Shown here: positions 39,446 to 52,950 of the stretch, one piece after another
How the letters are laid out: each line of letters opens with the position of its first letter
Position numbering within the stretch: the stretch's first letter is position 1
Translations under genes and position numbers: made by a program
The notes under the pieces: generated by a model
Told to the model about the DNA's origin: nothing
The model's input: only the letters and a program-made list of their open reading frames with translations
Databases searched by the model: none
Assembly (NCBI GenBank): GCA_973895155.1
Contig: OZ316891.1
Span: 1,045,324-1,109,323 of the forward strand
Source: Marsupella aquatica
Taxonomy: Eukaryota > Plantae > Marchantiophyta
Direction of reading: 5' to 3'
Length of the DNA stretch: 64,000 bases

Positions 39446-42400
39446 TACGCTCGATTGTTATACTACAAAGACAACTCGCAGATGTACGTCATAGAATAAC
39501 AAGACATGAAATACATGAACGGAATGCTCAGATCTGCTTCTCAAGGTTTGCCTGATTGATAATCAAATCACTGCAAGGGCAGGAAAACAACAAAAGGAAC
39601 AATCATCCGCAGCAGAAGGGGCACAGCAGAAGTGGGGCTAGAGCGCGTCCAGGTGCCCTGCTGGCGACCAGGTGATCGGAAACAAATTCTTCACATAGAA
39701 AGAAGAACAATGAGAATTATCTACCTCCTGTCACTACTAATTTTGAATGCAGCCTAACCTGTCTACTATATCTATATCTATACGTCTCAACAGGTCGGTC
39801 CGTCCCAATAGTAATAATGTCACATTTAAGGAAGACGCATTCAGATTCACAGTAATCCAACCTCCTCTAAGTATTTGCAACATGACGGAGCGAATTCCTT
39901 CCTCTTTTATATAGGTCACTCTGCGAAACTTTTGCTACACGTCGAATTCAACGCAGGGAATAGGAAAGAGAAATTTCCCTCCTAGTACTACGAAATTGAC
40001 GAAAACTATGTGGTGGTCACAATCAATTCATAGTCGACAATCCACTGCCTTCTTCTAATCCTCTCTCCACTCCACCCAATCCTGTCAGCTCATATATGGC
40101 CGCGGGCAAAAAATCATGGAGGGAATGACGTCTCCCAGGACGTCAACAGGGCGCTCAAATTTCAGCTGTCAAGTGAGCTTGCACGCCCCTGAGAGCTGAC
40201 CAAGCCAACCGTGCTTCTGAAGCACTCTCTGGTGGAGATCCGGACCGAAGAATCAATAGATGCTGAATTTCCATGCATAAAAAGTAACTTCTCGCTTCGA
40301 ATTGGCCGAGCTTTATTGTCTCTCACGCCGAAGCGTTGGAATATATGTCCGTGACGCCTTTACCCTCGCCTGAAGCAACGAAGGAGGAGAACACGAGCTG
40401 CGGCAAATTCGTCGACATCAGGAAATCTAGTCCAAAGCCCGGACAATTCCGGAATCTCCTTCTGAAATTCTTCTTCTCCGGCATCTCCTTCTGAATACAT
40501 CTCAATAGCCCAGCCATTTTTTTGTGGGCGAAAATTAGCCCCTCACTTATTTAAAAAACAGTCAGGATAATGATACTCAAGCGTGTTAGCCAGAAATATT
40601 CTGTAGTAGTCACAAAGTAATGTATAATTGAAAGAAAATACTAAGTAACACCTGTGCTTGTATGTAGGACAAAATAGTACAGTAGCTACCTTGGCAAATG
40701 TTTAAACAAGAAACAAATGGCTGGGTCAGCGCTTTGATGAGGAGATTGTCCAAGTTTAGAGCTATTTATTAGTTTCTAGTCAGGGCCATCTATCTAAAAC
40801 AAATTGGTGGCAAATTAGTACATACTAGCCTGCAGAATGCCCCTTCTTTGAAGCTTAACAGACGTGAGGACAAAAATTAAAGACCTTGCAATAGAAAATG
40901 ACATCTATTCATCTGCATTTATGAATCTTGTTTTCAATTATGCTCCCACTCAGGTCTAGAGGCTTCACTCCAGAGGGTGGGCATGAAGAGTAGCTTTTGA
41001 TTGGGATTATGTAATTAAAATTTTAGTGTAATTTGGGATCAGGTTTGTAGTAATACTCAGCTTGGGGGGCATGTATGTTTGTAATACACGCAGTCTTGTA
41101 TACAGATGGGCAAGCTGAAAAATGTTTGTGTGGGTGGTCGTTAGTCATCAATATTTATTCTCGTTTGTGTTGAGGTAAGCCAACTGTTTCATTTTAAGAT
41201 ACTTTATGCAATCCTGACCTAGTTTAAATATCCATCTTTTACAAGATGCTAGAATATGGTCATTCTTTTTTAATTTTAAGAGTAATTTTAAGAGTAATTT
41301 TAAATGACCTATTTTTACTTTTTACATGTTCACAGAACAAAAGGTGTTTTTGAGTCTTGAAAGTGATTCCTGCAAGGTACGTACACCCAATTGTGAAGCG
41401 CCAAAGGTGCTCGCAGAGGGGTTATTAAAAAAAATCTTTTATTTCATAACAATCATTCTAATACTTTTGTAAATTAAAACAACGTTATGAAAATGTCTAT
41501 TTGGGGTCTCATGAAGTCACATTTTCTTGTAATTGACATCTCAAGTTGAAATCCCTTGTTATGAACACAAGTAATATGCCCAAGTATATTATACACACCC
41601 TAAGATATTTACACTTCTTGGATGATTGGTGTTTTAGTTGACAAGGCTAAATATGGAAACAAAGTAGGAATTTATATATCTCTAAAATGAAGAACTTTAG
41701 AAATTAAGATACCACTCAAAACCAAAAAAATAAAACATCTACTTCACAATTTGGAACTTCAAGCCTGGATAGACACAAACATTTGAAAAAAAGCCCTGAT
41801 GGACAAACACAACCTGGTTGGACACATAACAAACCTAAGATTGTATTTGTATAACAGGCTTTTCATTTGTGCTCCAATGGTGACATGTAAGGAGCTATTT
41901 GACCGGGAGCAGGAGGTTTTTGGTTGTTTCTTCCCGTAGTCTGTCCAGGCAGGAGCAACAGAGGAGGTTAAACATACTTAACGTAATGTCTAAATCTTGG
42001 TTAGCTTCCGTTCCTAAGACACCTGTATTCCATTGGGGTGTCATTAGGGATTGGTGTTACAGTGTCAACAGGCTGTGTCCATCTGGGTTGCCCCTACAAA
42101 AGATTGGGTCTATCCCGGCTTTAAGTTCTCACAATTTGCTAGGTAAGTTTAAGGTATTATATGAGAAATGCACTATGGAGTACAGAACCTTCTAAATTTC
42201 CTTGTTAAGTTGTTATCAATTGTGATGGTGAACGCCCCTGAATCAAGGCCTTAATAAGCTGTTTATTGTCCACTAGCCCAATGAATGTCTATGAGTTGCC
42301 CAGTATTTGTCAGTTGCCCAGTACTTGTCAATAGTAAGTGATATTTGAGCATAAGTGAAGTGGCCAATAGTCAAACCCTAAACTGAGTGAGTCAGTGATT

Positions 42401-43852
42401 GGATTTCAAGGAGTGTGCAAGTTTGGGAGAGAGGGATGGGCTGGGCATTGGAAAGGTGCACAATGACACCTTTATGTCCATCTCTTTGTTAGGACAGAAT
42501 GTCACAAAAATCAAACCGCTAGGGAGGCTTCCAGCCAGAATTACATTTTGTAAACACAGCATGAGAAAGAAAATGTACAATTGCATATATACTCATTAAA
42601 TTTGAGGCCAGTGGCAGGGGTAACATGCAATAGAGACAAAGCTTAATATTCAACCAAGTACCCTTAATGTCAATTGGAAACTTGCCTCTTTAGGTTCATG
42701 AATAGCATCCAATCACAATTGAACCAAAACCAGCTATAACAATAGAGTACAGGGGATATCCCGCCACACTCAAAGGTCATCTTTTGGACAGACATGTAAA
42801 GTGTACTATCCGAGCATAGGGATGTTGTGTGGTACTACATACCGGACTACATAAGCGAGTATTACAGCAGAGAACATAGGATCACTGCACCATCCCGGAG
42901 TTCAAAACCCATGAGCAGGGGGCCGGGATAGCGGGTTTTCCGTGTTTCTGGCACCAACCTAAAATCAATCAACCTGTTAGAGAGTTATGTTGCGAGGAGG
43001 TTTCCCCAAATATCTTGACTTCCGTGATTGGCCACGCATTTGCTTTTCGCATAGAAGCAAACCTCACGAGAGCGCATTGGGTACCCAAAACGACTAGCTT
43101 TGAAAGATATCCCTTGGTACTCAAGTTACATATAAAGCGGGGCAGTGGTGGTTTTAGGGCTTCTAGACATATTCCTGTAAGTTCAGGACCCTCCTATGCT
43201 AGGGCTTCTAGAGTACATATTCCTGTTCAGGACCCTCCTATGGTGTTTCTTCCAGAGTTGCTTTTCATTTGTTGCTCACTAAGGCCTTAGTTCTTTTGTT
43301 TCCTCCCTTTTATTAGGTCTCCCGCCTTTCAAGATTCTGTCTTCCCACAAGACACTTTTTGTTTCTTTACTCGTGAGATATATATCCTATGTCATCTGTT
43401 GGACAGAACCATGAAGTGTACTATCTAAGCCAGTTAGGCGCTTTGTGTTTAGTGGAAGTCCAATTTGCATATATTACAGATCATCTAATGCGCAGAACTG
43501 TAAAGTGCACTATACAAGTATATTTCGAGGTTTACGCACGGTCCATGCGAGCATCACGGACAACGTGGCGGTCCATGGGAGGTTCTTTTCTGAAGACGTG
43601 TTGCGCATCGCAATTACACGAAGGAAGAAGATGTACTGAAGCCAAAAGATGGGCTGTGACAATTTCAGTGTGTGGAAGCTGAAGCTGAAGCTGGCGGAGG
43701 AACGAAATTGGCGGAGGAACGAAATTGAGGAGGCTATTGAGGAGGCTGAGAAGGTTGATTCTTGGCGAGATTGATTTGCACACTTCGAGTGATGGCGTGC
43801 AAGAGCTTCCGGTGCTGACGGGCTTGAGTTTGGGGTTTCGGGTTTAGAGGCG

Positions 43853-45115
43853 ATGGGGAACGGTCAAGGCGCCTCCCGAGGGAGTATGGAGTACGAATCA
43901 GCTTCTAGGGCGTTCTCACAATCGGAGCTGGAAAGGATGAAGAAGGTATACATCTCCCTTGCTGCACAGTCACGTAGCCAAGGTGAATTTGTGAGTGCAT
44001 CAGTTTTTCAGGCCCATTTTGGAATTCGTGGATCACTTGGAACACGACTGTTTGATATGATGACCCAAATGAGAAAGGACCAGCGTCTTTACTTTGAGGA
44101 CATTGTCATTGCCAAGGCAACATACGAGAAAGGCTCTCCTAGTGAAATGGAGGACTTCATGTTCCAGCTATTGGATTTGACAGGGGACGGTGAAGTGCAG
44201 AAAACAGAGGTGGAATCTGTAATGCTTTCAATACTGGCCACCGTGCTCGGCTCGAAATATGCCAGCCTGCCAGAAGAGAGTCTACAAGCTTTTCTCAGTA
44301 CAGCTGAATTTTCTCCAGATTCTCGAGGTGAAGCAGAGCCTTGCATGTCCATGCAACAGTTTCGAAAGTTATGCACTGCGATACCTTCTATTAAAAAGTT
44401 TCTTGCCTCCCTTCTGACAACCCCAACTGCAGGTCCGGGTGGTAGACAAATACCTAATTTAATAATTCCGGACAATTTTGGCGCATCTCCTCTGCTGAGA
44501 GCAGAACATGCATGGCATATTTCTGGAATTCTTCAGCAGCAGGACACACAGGAATGGGGACTCCTGTATCACAGCTCTGTGAATGGACTTAGTTTCAACA
44601 CCTTTTTGGGTAATGTAGTGGGTGTGGGAGGTGCTACCATTCTTGTTATCAAGGATACGGAAGGATGTATATATGGTGGCTATGCTAGTCAGCCATGGGA
44701 AAAACACCCGGATTTTTATGGGGACATGAAGTGCTTTCTTTTCACCCTTCATCCGCGAGTTTCACTTTACAGGCCTACGGGTTCAAATAGTAACCTTCAG
44801 TGGTGCGCTTGTAACTACATATCCGAGAGCATCCCCAATGGCATTGGATTTGGTGGCCAAATCCATCACTTCGGAATGTTTGTATCAGGGAGCTTCGACC
44901 GTGGGCATACTCGGTATTCGGTGACGTTCGGTAATCAACCGCTATCAACAAAGGAGGACATCGTACCTGAAATTATTGAATGTTGGGGAGTACTTGGAAA
45001 TGATCAAGGACCAGAGAAGCTGAAAGGGACCTGTTTAGAAAGATTTAAAGAAGATCGCCAAATCTTAAACATGTTAGGCAGAGCGAATGCAAGCGACTCC
45101 GTTGGACCTGAGTGA
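43853..45115 (+). CDS. EF-hand plus TLDc domain protein (MEAK7/TLDC1-like), 420 aa, intronless
   Basis: N-terminal MGNGQG myristoylation-like motif; EF-hand-like DLTGDGEVQKTE; TLDc motifs LLYHSSVNGLSF, IYGGYASQPW, FYGDMKCFLF and GIGFGG. Confidence 0.93.
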   Translation: MGNGQGASRGSMEYESASRAFSQSELERMKKVYISLAAQSRSQGEFVSASVFQAHFGIRGSLGTRLFDMMTQMRKDQRLYFEDIVIAKATYEKGSPSEMEDFMFQLLDLTGDGEVQKTEVESVMLSILATVLGSKYASLPEESLQAFLSTAEFSPDSRGEAEPCMSMQQFRKLCTAIPSIKKFLASLLTTPTAGPGGRQIPNLIIPDNFGASPLLRAEHAWHISGILQQQDTQEWGLLYHSSVNGLSFNTFLGNVVGVGGATILVIKDTEGCIYGGYASQPWEKHPDFYGDMKCFLFTLHPRVSLYRPTGSNSNLQWCACNYISESIPNGIGFGGQIHHFGMFVSGSFDRGHTRYSVTFGNQPLSTKEDIVPEIIECWGVLGNDQGPEKLKGTCLERFKEDRQILNMLGRANASDSVGPE

Positions 45116-46871
45116 CATGTGGATCAATTCCATTGCACCAGTCTTGTCCTTGTTACAAATTCTTCTCTTACCTTGTATAAGTTTAGTTTCTTAGAGCAAT
45201 CGCACTCAATTTAAATGGATACAAACAGGGAAAAGTGTTTTAAAAACGCAACAGGGAAAAGTGTTTTTAAATACTGTCAAGTGTACGTCAGGAGAACTAT
45301 CTAATATGCTCCACCAGCAGTATGTGTATAGGAAAATCATAGACAGAAGTGTTGATGCATCTTATCGATAACAAGGATGCATAGCTTCTCTTACGGGTAT
45401 GGACTGACTACCCAAAGGTGATCAGGCTGTATCAAGAACAAGTTAATCATATCAGTCGGGTATGGCACCAGCAATTTGTGCCCGATCGAAGCTGTCCAGC
45501 AACATCTGTAACCTAGCAGAGTTCCCTGGAGAACGTACGGGAGGTGGAGAGGTGATAATTCTGCATTATATTAGTCCACGTGAATATCCCTCCACAGACT
45601 ATAGCTATAGCTTTGATCAATTTGCTGTCTCTTTTGTGTCACATTTCAATACTATAGAAATTCATTCTTCTCGATATCTGGAAGGTCGCCTCATGGAGAC
45701 GCATTCTAGATTTTCACAAAATGAGTCACTTTGTCCATTCCCAACTTTGGCAGGAGCAGAGTCATTATAAAGGGTCTATGCTCATCTAAATCTAGGCAAG
45801 TCCCCCGTTAAACATCTTCTAAGTCGGCACAAGCGTATGTACTACACGTTTCAAACTTTGCTCAAGTCGGACTTCTTGGTGCAAGGATAGATGCGCATGC
45901 CGTCTACATAAAATCGTTTTGCTATATCTTCTACAAGTGACAAATTGTACAATGACTGATCGAATCAAAGTGCCAAACTTTGCCCCACACAAATGTAGCA
46001 ACAGGATGAACGACAATGCTCTTCTACATTTTAAAAACTCTTTGACACACTCTCGATCTGCTCAAGATGCATTCACATTGACCCACTGCACATTCACTTG
46101 AATCTGTCCTCTGACGTTCGTTCTCCACTACCTCAGGAGGACATCAGTTGAGCTTATTTCTCAGCTAAAGTAATCAATTTGCAGTATTCGTCAAATTACG
46201 AACCCATGAGCAGATCTTTGCCACATGATGCAATCTTCTAAAATTGGAAGAAAGGTCCTGTCTAGCTTCCGAGTAACTAAATGCATTAATCTGTAATAAT
46301 GTGGACCTGGAGTTTGCTTAGACTTATTTTCAGAAGTATTTATAGTTCTATCTCAAAAGTTCTCCGACGGCAGAACCACTTTGGCAGTTCTTCCGCACTC
46401 AAAGTGGCAGGTCCAACTTAAGCACATAAATGACATCGCCAGTTGGCCATGGGTTGTCACTGGGACGAAGTTCTTTAATCTTTTCGACTGTTGGACATTA
46501 TCATCGTGGCCCATGACACAAGTATAAATGAATAAGGAGTATTTTTTCTATCTTCAAGACACGGAGTCCATATCAATCTGCAGACTTGATGCTCCTGGCG
46601 GTCACTGTATGGGAAATTGAGTTGTACTCCACTACACCACAGACCTGGCAAAGAAAAAAGATTTTCAATGAGCATTCTGAACAAATTTTGAACTAGAAGG
46701 ATTTGGAACGAAAGATTGCCATCTAAGAATATTCTTCAATTGACCATTCAAGCTTTTGTCGCTCACCTGCATCGTTAATGATCGTTCAGCATTGGCTTTG
46801 AGTTTGAGAGTCCAACTCAGACTAGTGGGCCACGGTGAGTACAAGATAAGATGGCCCTATGGATTCGCCAT

Positions 46872-49413
46872 TTAGCCGTGAAGCAAATACTTGGACAGCG
46901 GGAAGCGAATACTGCTTGATACCTGAGAAACACGTCACAAGCACGTTATCTCCTGGGCGACTTTCAAGTTCTAGCCAGTACACCATCAAAAGAGAATTTT
47001 TCCAGACCCATCTGTAAACAACTGTCGGCAAGTATGTAATGGAACACAAAGCCACCATAATGGCCAAGATCCATAGCAACAGTATTCCTTCTCACAAACT
47101 AAGAGTTAACCAGGACGCTCAGTTAGCTTGGACCTAAATGTTGGCTCAAGGTTCACTAAGTCGGACGAGCCGATTTGAACCAGTCTTGCATGGAAAGGGC
47201 TATTGTAGAATGTAACCCATCGGAAAAAACATAATTCAAAGGGAAAACGATTGCCTACCTTATGAATGAAATCAGCGTCCACATTGGACCGGAATCTAGG
47301 AAACCCATCGAGTGGGCTACTTGAGCTTCGCAGCACGAGTTTCACACTGGTCAGGTTGGCAAGCTGCATGAGTACGTCTGCTGTCACACCGTTAATGTTG
47401 CCTTCCTCATCTTTGCCCATTGGACACAGGCTGCTCCTCGCACCTTCCGAGTCAAGATCATTCTCCTCGGCAACACACTTGTAAATAGCCAACAATCTCT
47501 CCAACGGACAGTTACTGGGGCCCTTGAGGTGCTTCTCGTGCATGTCTGCGTCCTTTTTCTCCATGGCAGACATTGAGGCCCTGCGTAGGGGGCAAGACAA
47601 TTGCATATTAATGAGTCCACCAAGTGCCCGACCAAGAATGTCTTCACTCTTCAAATTGCAGCATGCGGGGCCATATGGTAGCAATGACAATTGTCTTCAT
47701 GTTTCTTCATGTGGAAAATATAGCTTTCCAAGAAAGTATAAATATTCTTCAAATGAAAACAACCACAAAGATCTCATGGCGTTTTCCAGTTATGCTGGGT
47801 TCATGGTAACTGCTAACCCGGCTTTCTCAACCATGTAATTATCCTACCAACAACTTTTTATTTCATAATACGAAAGGTTGCCACAATCTCAACTTGAAGA
47901 AACACGTATCATTGAAAGCGGCGAAAACAAACCGGCTAATCTCCTAAGGTAGCAATCTCCATTTAGCTGAGTCAAGAAAAAATGAAGAAAACTTACTTTC
48001 GTTTCCTCTTTCTGCTCTTATCTGCATCCCCTGTCCCAAATAACGCATCATCGAGTTTGGAAGGATTTCGGGAAGCAATGTACGACGCCAGTAGTAAATA
48101 TTTGCTGCAGAGGGACAGATGAAATTCCGCCGGTCTCTGCAAACCACCTTTCCTTGCCGCGTGACTGGCAGCACACCCGCTGAAATCGGATTCAGAAATA
48201 AAAAATGTTCGAGAGAGAGCTAGCTGGGTGTGACCCTTCAAATAGTTGAAAAGCTCCCGCTTCCCTTGATCTTTCGGCTCCACTTTGCCTTGGAGCACCG
48301 GTTCGCAAAACTTTTCGAAAAGCGGGTGAAGCCCTTCGGACAGCTCGGTTAGTATTCTGCTAGCCCTACTGAAGGGTGCTAGAGAGGTCCTGTGATGAAA
48401 CCCACACGCCATTTTATTCCCAGCAGTTGGTGAGATCACGGAGAATGAAACCCACTGGATACCAAGCATCGACCGTGAGATCCCAAATCCAAACTTGTTC
48501 TCATTTCGAAAAGAGTTCAAGCCCATAGCAATCCTTCACATACATCCTAAAACAGATAACCGGATGAAGTCCATCCCAACTTAACAAAACCTATCGACTA
48601 GGCCATTCCAAGTTGCACAAAATTACATTGGCAAGAGAACTGTGAGGGCCAATGGAAGTGCACTTACGTGAGGAAGAAAGGGTACAATCCAGAATTAGGC
48701 TGCCACTTGACAAGGATGGAATACAGCTCTTCGCTAGTGTACTCCCTGAAATAGAGGAGGAGAAGCTCTCGTGCCGATGTACCTAGATGAAACGTGTCCG
48801 GGCCAGCACTGCTAATAAACACAAGCCCTAGATTCGGGAGCTTAGTGAGCTGCGAGAGCGTAACCAGTGAAGCCACGAGTGTGCCCCCGCCGGTCCACCC
48901 TCGAACCAACTCTACATCATCAAAAATGAGATAAACAACTTCTTGAATGCTATCATGGCCCCGGCTAACTGAGCTCTTTCCTGTGCGGGTCCTTGAGGAC
49001 GCAACAGCACAGGCCTCCTCGAGCTGACAGACAAAATCGGACATCCTCTCACATTTCTTAGCGCTGGCGTAGTTGTTGGCCTTGGAGCGAACATGGCCGA
49101 GGAGCTGGTTCAGTACAGACTCAAAGACAAGCCTGGGACTGTGGCAGGAGCGGCAGGAGACGTAAGCAAACGGCCTCTTCAACAAGGCCATCGTTTCCTT
49201 CACCACGCTCGTCTTCCCTGTTGCAGCGCTGCCATAGATCAGAACGGGGGGCATTGCATCCCCAGGCTCTCCTAGAAGACACATCAGCTCGTCAATCTCA
49301 GCCTTGCGACCCGGAAAAAGCACCTCCAGACGTTTCCGAGATTGCTCCACTGATTCAACATTCCCACTTTGGTCCGCTGCTGACCCGGTATCAATCTTGC
49401 CTACCATTTTCAT
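46872..49413 (-). CDS. ORC5: Origin recognition complex subunit 5; exons 49413-48668, 48389-47997, 47580-47259, 46922-46872 (start may extend upstream)
   Basis: FPGRKAEI; Walker A IYGSAATGKT; FHLSLCSKYLLLASYIASRNPSKLD; PLERLLAI; C-terminus VSSSIRFPLSKYLLHG*; GT-AG junctions join in frame. Confidence 0.93.
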
Positions 49414-52400
49414 TGGCGCTATCTTGCTTACTCTAGCGGTCCTCCTTTCTCCCGCTCGGATCTGAGAGAAGAACTAAGTCTTAGCCAGGGAACTACCACA
49501 GCCTGCACACCCCTTAAGGTTTCTCACTGCCTCCCTTTCATGCCCTATGTCCTGAACGCGGCCGCTCAGAATCTGGAAGGAGAACTAACTTCTTGCTCAA
49601 ACACTTGAACGACCAGACAGTAAATTTGAATAAGTGAATCAATTTCTGCCCTCGTTCATGAACACCTAAAGACTCTGTTCAAATAGGAGAGGAGGAGAAC
49701 TGACCCTTCAGCAGCCTGCTGGGACCTTCCTTAATTTCTGCCTTAGTTGATTGACATTCTCCTTAACATCTTCCTCTACAATTGGGTATCAATAGATTCT
49801 ACTCAGAGCGCAATGTAGGTCGATATTAGCACTCATGATATACACCCCAAGTCCGGATGCGGCTTCTCCCTCCCTGCATTCCTTTCAGACAGAGGAACTG
49901 AGTTGGCCTTCCAAAAGCTTGCAAAACCTGAGAAATACTTTCTGATATGAATACCTCTGTCCTTGCCCTTTTCAATCCAGAACACCCACTCCTCATCTTG
50001 GTATCACACGGGACTCTCCAAGGTGCGGGGATTGGCATTCACGAGACAGACCGCAAATGCAGACAAAAACTCCTCCGGAAATTCATCAGAGATAATTACC
50101 AGACTGTTGCTCCAAAACTTCCACAACGTGCAGGGAACTTGTTCACATCAGTAACTCAATTCACGCCCTGTCCTGGATAACTCCTCGTTGGGCGTAAGTT
50201 TCAGCTGTCTAAATCAATGATAGGACGCTGCCGGTGAGGGCGAATCTAGGCCTGAACCCATAGATTGGACGTGCGTGCTGAGGACTAGCAGTTCAAGCCA
50301 ATGTCTGTCGTTCGGATCACTCTTCTCCTATAAAGCCTTTCGTAGGTTTAAACGATCCCAACGGTATACAACAGACATTGCTACTGTCAAATGCGGGCCC
50401 CAGTCTAGCTAAACTCCTCAAGCACCCACGAAAGGAGACACGATGGGAACAATCTCTACGCACGAGATGGATTTAACGCAAGTGAGGGAGAGCTGGAATT
50501 CTGAGTCCTTCACTAGAGCCTGATCAGAAAGAGCTCAGCCGTTCCGGACAAGTTAACTCACCAGACGCGCAGTCCCTCCCCTCATACCCCAAAGACGCCA
50601 TTCTCACTGAATTCGCATTGTCTTGATCCAGATCGATTCTTTCAGTAGAACTGCCCTCAACATCCTCATCCTTCATGAGCGGAAACGTGACCGATATTTC
50701 ATATAATCTCTTCGGCCGAGGTTGTGCATCCAACATTCAGCATGGCATTTTGATGTTCTGATCAGAGGGCCCGCCTCCGAAGAAGATCGATCAATAGATC
50801 TGCAGTTGTTGGAGAGCAGAGGAAGGGAGTGATCTCGATGAATGATGGCATCGGCAGTGGCGTGGCAATAGCGCGCGAAAGAGAGGTATGGCGCGAAACT
50901 TGTCACTGTACAAAACACGCGGGAAAAGATCAAGCCAAAAGAGGAGACCGTTGGGAGTCAAGGGGGTCAGCTGAAATCCTCCCTCTAGAGCAGTTAAAAC
51001 CCTAAACCTCCCCTCTTCACCCTAGTTAGAGCACTCCCATCCACTCCCATCTGTGCACACCAAAACAGCCCTGCCATGTGGGAGATTTAGTGAGCCATGA
51101 GGTGCCCACAAATCCACATACTTGAAGGAGACTTAGGGTAGGGGGGGTTTACAAGAAGTGGGGGCCCTTAAGTGTCTCTCCATCCAAAGCAAAGCTGATG
51201 GCCATTTCCTTACACAAAAGTTAAAATGTTTAAGCCAAAATGTGTCAAGTTTGGAAATGATCAATGCAATTCACTGAAAATAAGCAGCTGTTTACTCCAG
51301 GTTTTTAGACCACCTCAAGAGGAGGTCTAAGTTTTTGACAAAAAAAATCTTGCTCACATCAGCAAAAAAAGGGGCCCACTGAGAGATGACTAGGTTAGGT
51401 AATGCCTTTGTTTGATTGTGCCCCCAAGTTCATGCAAAGTGAAGTGTGGCCAGTTCCCACATATGAATGGCTAGGATTGCATCTCTCACTTAGAAAAAAA
51501 GGGATTGCTACCCCCAAATTCTTGTAAAGCCACCCTTAGGGTTTGCCACCCGCCACCTTTCACACTTACCAAAATCACTAGCAATGGTCTGAAACATGAG
51601 AAAAACTGAAGCATTGAGTGCACTTGCCAGAGCGGCTGCAGAGACGTTTAATCAAAAGTGAGAGGGCTGTCTCGGCTATCAGTCCATCTTGATAGGCTTC
51701 ATCCAACTGGGAATTTTGAAATCCCCACTGTGCCCTGGTCTGTGCACTCCAACGTCATGGCCCAAGTTTTTTTCCTCCAAGGGCAAAGGGAAGTTGACCA
51801 AAACGCTCATTCTGTGAAGTTGGCCCTATCATTGGTGTCCTATGTAAATTTGAAGGTGTTCTTAAGGGGGTCCCTAGTAATTTGCACCTCTGTTAATAAG
51901 GATTTATTTTTTTTAATTAAAATGTTTTAGCATAACTTCTACATTCTTATCTTCACACCCTAAGAATAGTTGCCACCCTGAAGAGCCACCACCACGTCAG
52001 GCCCAAAGCCCACTTTTCTTTCATTGCAATTTTGCAGATTTCTGGAATTATGGGTACATGCCTAAAGTGACAGAAAACAAATTTAAGCTTATTCATTACG
52101 GACCTCATTAGGGGTCTCTTGCAAATTCTCTGTCATGAGGTTGTGCCACATCATTACAACCAGCCACAAACAGGAATGATCATATTTTTAACAATAACAA
52201 ACGTGCACATTCCTGTTTGTGGCAAAAGCAACATAATTTTTGGGGCGCCATGCCGTAAATATTAAACGTAAAAAAACCAAAATACAAAGAAAGAGATGTC
52301 ATTTAGTAAAACAAAGTTACCATTTTGATGTTTGTCAAAGATATATCAATGTTTTATATCAAAATGCTTGTATTTTTTAATTGTTTGTAAGTTTGAAAAA

Positions 52401-52464
52401 ACCAATCGATAGAAATGTACATAGTTAAAACCTCTTTGGCTTTACATTGTAAACCAAATATTAA

Positions 52465-52950
52465 TAAATCTCCTTAGTACTTGATAAACTCTGTCAATGT
52501 TTGATTCATTGGAAAACTCAAGATCAAGATTTAGAAATTCGTGACCTCTTTAGTAATGTCTTGATAAAATCTCTCAACGTCACACGCATTAGAAAGCTAT
52601 AGTAAAAGTAAAAACTCATCATCTCCTTAGTACTTGACAAAATTTATCAATGTTAGGTTCATTGGAAAGTTAGAGAAATTTAGATACTCATGATCTCTCT
52701 ATATATTGACAAATAATCTCAATGTCACACATTAGAAAGCTAAAGAAATTCAAAATCTCCTGATCTCTCTAATACCGTGACAAAATTTAACATGAAATTT
52801 GTCAATGTCGGACTCAATGTTGGAAAGCTAAAAGAATTCATGAACTCATGATCAAAATTTCTTATTCTCACACTCATTGGAAAGGCAAAGAAATTCAAAA
52901 ACTCATATGGAACTTGACAAAATTTTGTCAATCTGAGGCTCATTGGAAAC
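52465..52950. repeat. Degenerate AT-rich tandem repeat array (~65-80-bp units, roughly 6-7 copies)
   Basis: Recurring ATCTC..TAGTACTTGA(T/C)AAA...TCAATGT...CATT(G/A)GAAAG blocks. Confidence 0.7.

Noticed and set aside
49420-50940. Short minus-strand ORFs and splice-like sites upstream of ORC5
   Set aside because: Could not join them into an open frame; likely 5' leader exons or promoter
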